The translations under genes were made by a program, and so were the position numbers. The notes beneath the pieces were generated by a model that saw nothing but the letters and a program-made list of their open reading frames with translations, did not search any database and was not told the DNA's origin. Positions 57,028-64,000 of a DNA stretch of 64,000 bases are shown here, one piece after another. The DNA lies in contig JAIXWH010000071.1 in the NCBI GenBank assembly GCA_027484165.1, positions 41,366 to 105,365 on the forward strand, read 5' to 3'. This stretch comes from Chitinophagaceae bacterium (GTDB lineage Bacteria; Bacteroidota; Bacteroidia; Chitinophagales; Chitinophagaceae). Position 1 is the first letter of the stretch, and every line of letters begins with the position of its first letter.

Positions 57028-57039
57028 ACAATAAATACT

Positions 57040-57645
57040 ATGGCACGTTATACAGGCCCCAAAACAAAAATCTCTCGTCGTTTCGGCGAACCTATCACAG
57101 GTAATGGTAAATGGTTAACAAAAAACAGTAACCCTCCAGGACAACACGGTGCAAACAAAAAGCGTAAAACTTTAAGTGAGTATGGTGTTCAGTTAAAAGA
57201 AAAGCAAAAAGCAAAGTACACTTATGGTTTGTTGGAAAAACAATTCCGTAAAACTTTTGAAGAAGCTGGTCGTAGAAAAGGTGTTACCGGTGAAAATCTA
57301 ATCAAATTATTAGAAGCTCGTTTAGACAACACAGTTTTCAGATTAGGAATCGCTCCAAGTCGTCAAGCTGCTCGTCAAATGGTAAGTCATAAGCACGTTA
57401 CAGTTAATGGTGAAATTGTAAACATTCCATCATACAGCTGTAAGCCAGGAGATATCATAGGTATAAAAATCAAGAGTGCTGCAAATGTTTCTATCACTTC
57501 AGTTGTACGTGGAAAAAATCCAAAGTTCAGCTGGTTGGATTGGAATGAAAAGGATATGAAAGGTACATTCATTACCTATCCTGAAAGAGAAAGCGTTCCT
57601 GAGAATATTAAAGAACAGCTTATTGTGGAATTGTACAGTAAGTAA
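57040..57645 (+). CDS. rpsD: 30S ribosomal protein S4
   Basis: [46 protein letters not shown]. Confidence 0.99.
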   Translation: MARYTGPKTKISRRFGEPITGNGKWLTKNSNPPGQHGANKKRKTLSEYGVQLKEKQKAKYTYGLLEKQFRKTFEEAGRRKGVTGENLIKLLEARLDNTVFRLGIAPSRQAARQMVSHKHVTVNGEIVNIPSYSCKPGDIIGIKIKSAANVSITSVVRGKNPKFSWLDWNEKDMKGTFITYPERESVPENIKEQLIVELYSK

Positions 57646-57718
57646 TAAGTATCTTTTAAAAATATCAATCGCCTTTAAAAAGGCACATTAAATCACAACA
57701 AAAAACAACAAAATACAA

Positions 57719-58714
57719 ATGGCCATTTTTAATTTTGTTAAACCAGATAAAATAGTTCTACAAAAAGCAAATGATTTTGAAGCCCAATTTGAGTTTCGTC
57801 CTTTGGAGCCAGGATATGGTGTAACCATTGGTAATGCACTTCGTAGAGTATTATTAAATTCTCTTGAAGGATATGCCATCATTGGAATCAACATTGCCGG
57901 AGCAGATCACGAATTCGCAACTCTTAAGGGAGTTACTGAAGACGTTACTGAAATGATTTTGAATTTGAAACAAGTTCGTTTTAAATCAAAAATTGAAGGT
58001 GATGTAAGTACTGAAAAAGTGACATTGTCTATCAAAAACAAAACTGAATTCAATGCTGGTATGATCGGAGAAGCTTCTCCATCATTTGAAGTAATGAATC
58101 CTGAGTTGATGATTTGTACTTTAGATAATAGTGCAAAATTAGATATCGAAATAACTATCGGAAAAGGACGTGGATATGTTCCTGCAGAAGAGCAAAAAGA
58201 AAAAAGCTCACACTTCGGATATATTCCTGTTGATGCAATTTACACTCCAATCAAAAACGTAAAGTATTTGATCGAAAACACAAGGGTAGAGCAACGTACA
58301 GATTTCGAAAAATTAATCATGGAAGTGGTAACTGATGGTACTATTCATCCAGAAGAAGCAGTGAAGCAAGCAAGTCGTATTTTGATTCAACATTTGATGA
58401 TCATTACTGATGAAAATATCACATTTGATACCAAAGAAGATAAGAAAGAAGATTTGGTTGACGAACAAACTTTACAACTGCGTAAAATGTTGAAGACTCC
58501 ATTGGAAGATTTGGATTTATCAGTTCGTGCATTCAATTGCTTGAAAGCTGCTAAAATCAATTCTTTAAGTGAGTTGGTACAATATGAGCAAGAAGACTTG
58601 ATGAAATTCAGAAACTTCGGACAAAAATCTCTAAGTGAAATCGATCAGGTTTTACATGAAAGAGGTTTGAGCTTCGGAATGGATTTAAGTAAATTAAAAT
58701 TAGACGACGAGTAG
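57719..58714 (+). CDS. rpoA: DNA-directed RNA polymerase subunit alpha
   Basis: PLEPGYGVTIGNALRRVLL, GKGRGYVPA, LSVRAFNCLK, RNFGQKSL. Confidence 0.99.
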   Translation: MAIFNFVKPDKIVLQKANDFEAQFEFRPLEPGYGVTIGNALRRVLLNSLEGYAIIGINIAGADHEFATLKGVTEDVTEMILNLKQVRFKSKIEGDVSTEKVTLSIKNKTEFNAGMIGEASPSFEVMNPELMICTLDNSAKLDIEITIGKGRGYVPAEEQKEKSSHFGYIPVDAIYTPIKNVKYLIENTRVEQRTDFEKLIMEVVTDGTIHPEEAVKQASRILIQHLMIITDENITFDTKEDKKEDLVDEQTLQLRKMLKTPLEDLDLSVRAFNCLKAAKINSLSELVQYEQEDLMKFRNFGQKSLSEIDQVLHERGLSFGMDLSKLKLDDE

Positions 58715-58788
58715 TCTATAGAATAGAGTTAATATTTTAAACAAACGCTGTAATTCCTGACACGGTACAGTGTAAAAAACAAAAAGTC

Positions 58789-59310
58789 ATGCGTCACGGT
58801 AACAAAAACAACAATTTAAGCAGAACAGCCTCTCACAGAAAGGCATTGCTTATGAATTTAAGTTGTCAGTTGATTGCTCATAAGAGAATCACTACAACAG
58901 TAGCTAAGGCTAAAGCATTACGTACTTTCATTGAGCCTTTGATTACAAAAACCAAGGCTACATCAAGTAAGGAAGTAATCATGCACAATCACAGAATCGT
59001 TTTCAGTTATTTAAATGATAAAGAAGCGGTAAAAGAATTATTCACAGTTGTTGCTCCTAAAATTGCTGATCGTCCAGGTGGTTACACTCGTATCATCAAA
59101 TTAGGTGCTCGTACTGGTGATAATGCAGAAATGGCTATGATTGAATTGGTAGATTTCAATGAGATCTATGGTAAAGGAACGGATCAAGCTACAGAAACAG
59201 TTAAGAAAACTCGTCGTTCTGGAGGTAAGAAAAAAGCAAGTGCTGATGTTGCTGAAGAAGGTACTTCAACTGAAGCAACTGATTCAACTGAGGAAACTAC
59301 AGAAGCTTAA
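58789..59310 (+). CDS. rplQ: 50S ribosomal protein L17
   Basis: [35 protein letters not shown]; acidic C-terminal tail. Confidence 0.99.
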   Translation: MRHGNKNNNLSRTASHRKALLMNLSCQLIAHKRITTTVAKAKALRTFIEPLITKTKATSSKEVIMHNHRIVFSYLNDKEAVKELFTVVAPKIADRPGGYTRIIKLGARTGDNAEMAMIELVDFNEIYGKGTDQATETVKKTRRSGGKKKASADVAEEGTSTEATDSTEETTEA

Positions 59311-59332
59311 TCAGACTGTAAAATAAAGTTCG

Positions 59333-59364
59333 AAAGCCCTAAATCATTGATTTGGGGCTTTTTT
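59333..59364 (+). terminator. Intrinsic terminator after rplQ
   Basis: AAAGCCCTAAATCA...TGATTTGGGGCTTTTTT. Confidence 0.85.
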
Positions 59365-59492
59365 ATTTCATCACCAATATCTTTTTTGTTGGGCAGTATT
59401 AGACACATTGTCTAATCGTAGGAATAACTCTTGATTAATAAAACAATTTCAGATTAATAGAACTGATGTATTTTTGCCAGTAAACAATAATC

Positions 59493-59909
59493 ATGAAAAT
59501 TGCAATCATTAACGGCCCAAATTTGAATTTGCTTGGTACAAGAGAAACTGAAATCTATGGCTATCAAAACTTTGATGATTATTTCAAGTCACTTAAAGCT
59601 AAATATCCAGGGATTGATTTTAGTTATTTTCAAAGTAATATAGAAGGCGAACTGATTAATGAACTACAGAGAGTGGGGTTTGAGTTTCATGGAATTATTT
59701 TAAATCCCGGGGGATATACTCATACCTCTGTTGCAATCGGAGATGCTATCGCAGCAATTTCAGCAAAAGTGATAGAAGTACATATTTCAAATATTTTTGG
59801 AAGAGAAGACTTTCGGAAAATCTCACATGTATCGGCTAAATCTAAAGCTATAATAAGTGGAATGGGCTTGAGGGGTTACGAATTAGCGCTACAGTATTTT
59901 ATCGACTAG
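59493..59909 (+). CDS. aroQ: Type II 3-dehydroquinate dehydratase
   Basis: INGPNLNLLGTRE...YG, QSNIEGELI, LNPGGYTHTS, EVHISN...RE; -7 box TATTTTTG at 59469-59476. Confidence 0.96.
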   Translation: MKIAIINGPNLNLLGTRETEIYGYQNFDDYFKSLKAKYPGIDFSYFQSNIEGELINELQRVGFEFHGIILNPGGYTHTSVAIGDAIAAISAKVIEVHISNIFGREDFRKISHVSAKSKAIISGMGLRGYELALQYFID

Positions 59910-59917
59910 TCAATCTT

Positions 59918-62038
59918 TTATAATTTCATTTTTTTGATTAGAGCCAAAGTGTCTTTTTTCGTTTTTTCGAATTGATTTTTTTGGTCGATAATGAAACTAT
60001 TCTCTTCAAGTTTTCCAATTACATTTTCCATCTCTTTTTTATTAGTGTAAACCATGCTTCTAAATGGATTGGTATAGTCCTTCTCTCTCGATAAAAAGAT
60101 ATTATCATTCATCCATTCTTTGGTTGCAATCATTTGAAGCAGCACTTTTTTTAATTGGAAAGCATTGAAATCTATATTTGATATTCCTAAAACATGGAGA
60201 AGGCATGCGTAAGCATGATTCCTTTTATTTTTTTCGTATTGTATGCTTTGAGATTTATAAAACTGATGTACTTCCTCCCATTTTTTAATTTTATTCTTTT
60301 TTATCTTCTCTTTTAAAACGTCAATTTCTTTTGTTGGTATTAATTGGCCACCAACATTCATCCAACTCAACAAATGCGAATCAATCTTCAATGATTTTTT
60401 TAGTGTTTCGAAATCCTGAATTTTATTTTGAGAAATATGCTTCAATAATTCAGTGCTTGCATATAGTTGTATGATTTCTTTAAAAACGGCTATTGCCTTT
60501 TTTACTTTTATGATTTTTACTTTTCTTTTGCTATGTTCCCACCCATTTAAATAAGCTTCATCGTTTTTGTTTACTTCTAAATTTTCTAGCAAACTAATAG
60601 ATTCTGTAATTTCATTTATCGTATCAGGAGCCAGATAATCAAAGTCGATATGTTGTACTTTGTAAACTCTTTTATCTCTGGTATGGTATTTTGAAGAATT
60701 TCTTGCAAGAGCATACATGTTATACATAAACCAATATGCAGGCATTACTACCAGTTCATCCTTTGAAGTGTCATTGCTTATTAGACAAAAGGGGATAGGT
60801 ATATTCAATTCAGAAGGGTAATCGCCTTTTGCAATCATTGTATATGATGCAAATTTAGAGTTGTGTTTTAAGCTTACACACAAACCAGGCCAGAATCCTC
60901 TACCGGCAATAATTTCTCCATCAGCAGCTCTGCTATTATGATTGCTTCCTATTGTTGCACCGGCAGCAATGTTGCTTTGCCCCATGATTAAAGATGCACA
61001 TAAAAACGAATTGTTATGATGCTGTTCATGTGAAGGAAATATAAGTGAGTTTAAAACTTCACAACAAGATATTGTTGAATTGTTTCCTAAATAAGAATTG
61101 ATTAATCTAGCACCATACTTGAGTTGCGAGTGCGCTGCTGTGATAAATCTTACCGCTTTCACACCATAAAATATTCTACAACCATAACCAATGATTCCAT
61201 TCACCAATTCGCAGCCTTCACCAATTTGCGATTTTCTTTCTGCATCGCTATTAATGGTCAGGTTCTTTAATTTATTCGCACCTTTGATGTAAGCATCTTC
61301 ACCAATATTAGTGTCTTTAATAATTCCACAATTTTTTATTACCGTTCGTTTGCCAATTTTTCCATAGAAACCTCTTTGCTTATCAAATTTCCTTTCTGTG
61401 AGTTGTTTGAATTTATCAATAAGTACTTTGTCATCTCTAAATTTACTCCACATGAAAGCATCACCAGCAAGCATGCCATCAAAAGGTATAATACTTCTTC
61501 CTCCATTTTCATTACAGACTTCAATAATCATTCGTTGCTTCTCATCTGTCTCTCCATCTTTTAAAATCCCATTTCCAAATCTAGCTTTATCTGTGGTTGC
61601 TAATTCATTTATGTTGGTTAGGATTACCTCATCTGAAATGATGTAATGACTTAAATAACTTACATTTTCTATGCAAATATGATTGCCGATGTCGCTACTT
61701 ATTATCGTACTATTATAAATTCCTTCTGGTATTTTGAAATCATGAAATTCATGATATAAAGGAGACAAATCGCCAATTCGTACTAATCCATAGAATTTAG
61801 TTTTTTTTACCAATTCAGGATTGAATTTTCTGGAAACTAAGATATTTTTCCAATCGTCAGCTGTGTTTTGATTTTTTATTAAGATGTCAATTTGTACAGC
61901 TGTTAAGGGCTTGTAGCTTAAACAAGTTGGATTTTGCTTGTTTCTTAGATGGTATTCGTTTTTTCCTTTAGGAAGATAATTAGAATCAATAAAGTTGAAA
62001 CCAAGGTTATTTATTGAAGACTTTTTGATAAGATTCAT
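59918..62038 (-). CDS. DUF4954 family protein (left-handed beta-helix region)
   Basis: Track says +, but ATGAATCTTATC reads on the minus strand from 62038. EVCNENGGR, KGANKLKN, KYGARLINS, ISCCEVLNSLIFP, HHNNSFL, AAGATIGSNHNSR. Confidence 0.85.
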   Translation of the reverse strand: MNLIKKSSINNLGFNFIDSNYLPKGKNEYHLRNKQNPTCLSYKPLTAVQIDILIKNQNTADDWKNILVSRKFNPELVKKTKFYGLVRIGDLSPLYHEFHDFKIPEGIYNSTIISSDIGNHICIENVSYLSHYIISDEVILTNINELATTDKARFGNGILKDGETDEKQRMIIEVCNENGGRSIIPFDGMLAGDAFMWSKFRDDKVLIDKFKQLTERKFDKQRGFYGKIGKRTVIKNCGIIKDTNIGEDAYIKGANKLKNLTINSDAERKSQIGEGCELVNGIIGYGCRIFYGVKAVRFITAAHSQLKYGARLINSYLGNNSTISCCEVLNSLIFPSHEQHHNNSFLCASLIMGQSNIAAGATIGSNHNSRAADGEIIAGRGFWPGLCVSLKHNSKFASYTMIAKGDYPSELNIPIPFCLISNDTSKDELVVMPAYWFMYNMYALARNSSKYHTRDKRVYKVQHIDFDYLAPDTINEITESISLLENLEVNKNDEAYLNGWEHSKRKVKIIKVKKAIAVFKEIIQLYASTELLKHISQNKIQDFETLKKSLKIDSHLLSWMNVGGQLIPTKEIDVLKEKIKKNKIKKWEEVHQFYKSQSIQYEKNKRNHAYACLLHVLGISNIDFNAFQLKKVLLQMIATKEWMNDNIFLSREKDYTNPFRSMVYTNKKEMENVIGKLEENSFIIDQKNQFEKTKKDTLALIKKMKL

Positions 62039-62153
62039 TCTTGAAATTTAAAATTCAAATATTGTTATAAATCTTTTTATACAAACAAAAGTTTATAATT
62101 CACTTAATTTTAAAGTTAATGAATTTTGATTATTGAACAATAGTTCATTCAGA

Positions 62154-63992
62154 TTATTCCACCGTTACCGACTTCGCCAAATTTCTTGGCTTGTCAACAT
62201 CGATGCCTTTTAATGTTCCTACATAATAAGAGAGCAGTTGTAAAGGAATTACGGTAAGTATAGGGGCTACTATTTCATCAGCCATAGGAATTTCAAAATA
62301 ATCATTACTTATTGTTGGACTAACTTTGTCTCCTTCAGTGATGATAGAAATTATTTTTCCTTTCCTTGCTTTGATTTCCTGCATGTTGCTTACAATCTTT
62401 TCATGGTAAGGGTCATTTGTAGCAATAAAAACAACAGGCAGATTTTCGTCAACGAGCGCAATAGGACCATGTTTCATTTCAGCTGCTGGATAACCTTCAG
62501 CATGTATGTAGGAAATTTCTTTTAATTTCAAAGCACCTTCCAATGCAATAGGGAAATTGTATCCTCTGCCGAGAAATAAAAAATCAGTCGCATCTTTATA
62601 TTTTTCAGCAATCTTTTTAATTTCTTCTGCATTTTTCAAAATGCTGTCAACTTTTTCAGGAATTTGTTCTAATTCTACAAGTAGTTGATTGTAACGGTCA
62701 TTAGTGATGGTTCCCTTGTGTTTTGCAATATTTAAAGCCATCATCATTAGTACTGCCAGCTGTCCAGTAAAGGCTTTTGTAGATGCTACGCCAATTTCCG
62801 GACCAGCGTGTGTGTATGCGCCAGCATTTGAGATACGGGCTATAGAAGAGCCAACAGCATTCACAACCCCAAAGATAAAAGCTCCATTTTCTTTTGCTTT
62901 TTCCAATGCAACCAGTGTGTCCGCAGTTTCGCCGCTTTGAGAAATGGCAATGATTACATCTCCTTTGTTTACAATTGGGTTTCTGTATCTGAATTCAGAT
63001 GCATATTCCACTTCTACAGGAATTCTGCAAAGTTCTTCTATGATGTATTCTGCAATTAATCCCGCATGCCAGCTTGTTCCGCAAGCAACTATCATAATGC
63101 GATTTGCATTCAGCAATTGTTCTGTATGCAAATCAATGCCACTCATTTTGATGTAGCCTTCTTTGGCGTCTAATCTTCCACGTAAGCAATCATAAATGGT
63201 ACTAGGTTGTTCAAAAATTTCTTTTATCATGAAATGGTCATATCCCCCTTTTTCAATTGCAGCCAACTCCATGTCAAGCTTTGTGATGTATGGAGTTACT
63301 TTTTCATTTCCAAGATTTTTTAAAATCAATTCATCTGGCTTAACAATTGCCAACTCGTAATCGTTAACATAAACCACTTCTTTAGTATACTCAATAATAG
63401 GAGAGGCGTCGCTAGCCAAAAAATGTTCTCCTTTTCCAATTCCAATAACCAGAGGACTTCCTTTTCTTGCTGCAATGATGGTGTCTGGATTGTCTTCTTC
63501 AATCAAGAGGATACAATAAGCCCCACTAACTCTTTTCAATGCTATTCTTATTGCTTCTTCTAATTTACAGTCATTATTGTTTTTGATATCTTCTATGAAA
63601 TTCAAAAGTACTTCAGTATCTGTATCACTTTTGAATTGATATCCTTTATTTAAAAGCTCTTGTTTGATAAGGGCATAATTTTCAATGATACCATTGTGTA
63701 TCATGCTTATTTTTCCATTAGAGGATAAATGAGGGTGCGCATTTCTGTCGCTAGGCTCACCGTGAGTAGCCCATCTTGTATGACCAATTCCAATCTGGGC
63801 ATCCAGGTTTATTCCCACTAGAGATTCTTCTAATTCTGCCACCTTACCCTTTTTCTTATATACGTTTAATTCTCCATTGTTGAGTAAAGCAACACCACTA
63901 CTGTCATATCCTCTGTATTCCAATCTCTTTAAACCCTTCAAGATGATTGGGTAAGCTTGTTTAGTTCCGGTGTATCCAACTATTCCACACAT
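62154..63992 (-). CDS. glmS: Glutamine--fructose-6-phosphate transaminase (isomerizing)
   Basis: MCGIVG (Cys1), EYRGYDS, GHTRWATHG, SQSGETAD, VASTKAF, ALKLKEISYIHAE, KPRNLAKSVTVE. Confidence 0.99.
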   Translation of the reverse strand: MCGIVGYTGTKQAYPIILKGLKRLEYRGYDSSGVALLNNGELNVYKKKGKVAELEESLVGINLDAQIGIGHTRWATHGEPSDRNAHPHLSSNGKISMIHNGIIENYALIKQELLNKGYQFKSDTDTEVLLNFIEDIKNNNDCKLEEAIRIALKRVSGAYCILLIEEDNPDTIIAARKGSPLVIGIGKGEHFLASDASPIIEYTKEVVYVNDYELAIVKPDELILKNLGNEKVTPYITKLDMELAAIEKGGYDHFMIKEIFEQPSTIYDCLRGRLDAKEGYIKMSGIDLHTEQLLNANRIMIVACGTSWHAGLIAEYIIEELCRIPVEVEYASEFRYRNPIVNKGDVIIAISQSGETADTLVALEKAKENGAFIFGVVNAVGSSIARISNAGAYTHAGPEIGVASTKAFTGQLAVLMMMALNIAKHKGTITNDRYNQLLVELEQIPEKVDSILKNAEEIKKIAEKYKDATDFLFLGRGYNFPIALEGALKLKEISYIHAEGYPAAEMKHGPIALVDENLPVVFIATNDPYHEKIVSNMQEIKARKGKIISIITEGDKVSPTISNDYFEIPMADEIVAPILTVIPLQLLSYYVGTLKGIDVDKPRNLAKSVTVE

Positions 63993-64000
63993 GATAAAAA

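Noticed and set aside
10777-62038. Plus-strand labels in the ORF track for 10777-11130, 14267-14701, 14701-15273, 18073-19281 and 59918-62038
   Set aside because: The listed proteins translate only from the reverse complement (start codons at the right-hand coordinate), so they are reported on the minus strand.
1-64000. tRNA, rRNA, CRISPR, IS or prophage elements
   Set aside because: All intergenic gaps are short (under about 300 nt), AT-rich and were read by eye; no cloverleaf, repeat-spacer array, transposase or phage gene was seen. A tRNAscan/Infernal run would be needed to exclude small RNAs formally.

Overview
Chromosomal core-genome window from an AT-rich Bacteroidota genome, most consistent with Chitinophagaceae (inference from gene content, T9SS cargo and TAnnTTTG promoters). 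It holds about 58 CDS: translation genes (rplY, rpsL-rpsG//fusA, infA-rpmJ-rpsM-rpsK-rpsD-rpoA-rplQ), envelope and T9SS genes (yidC, bamD, porD-like, OmpA proteins), housekeeping metabolism and tRNA/rRNA modification. I found no IS, integrase, phage, CRISPR, tRNA or rRNA. The supplied ORF track gives the wrong strand for five real genes (10777-11130, 14267-14701, 14701-15273, 18073-19281, 59918-62038 are all on the minus strand). It also misses a partial TPR/PD40 gene at the left edge and rpmJ. Best candidate system: a probable extracellular nucleic-acid scavenging locus at 21.8-32.5 kb. It pairs a secreted S1/P1 nuclease divergently with a TonB-dependent-type transporter, a DUF5689 lipoprotein and a 1545-aa repeat-built T9SS protein carrying two lamin-tail domains, with a 9-bp inverted repeat between the arms. 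Other leads: a ComEA-HhH/beta-barrel fusion pair, a DUF4954 protein with a GlmU-like acyltransferase signature downstream of glmS, an orphan ComA-like phosphosulfolactate synthase, a degenerate uracil-DNA-glycosylase-like protein upstream of rdgB, an antisense gene splitting the str operon, and an H-type pseudoknot in front of rpsD. All family assignments are by motif recognition; no database search was run.
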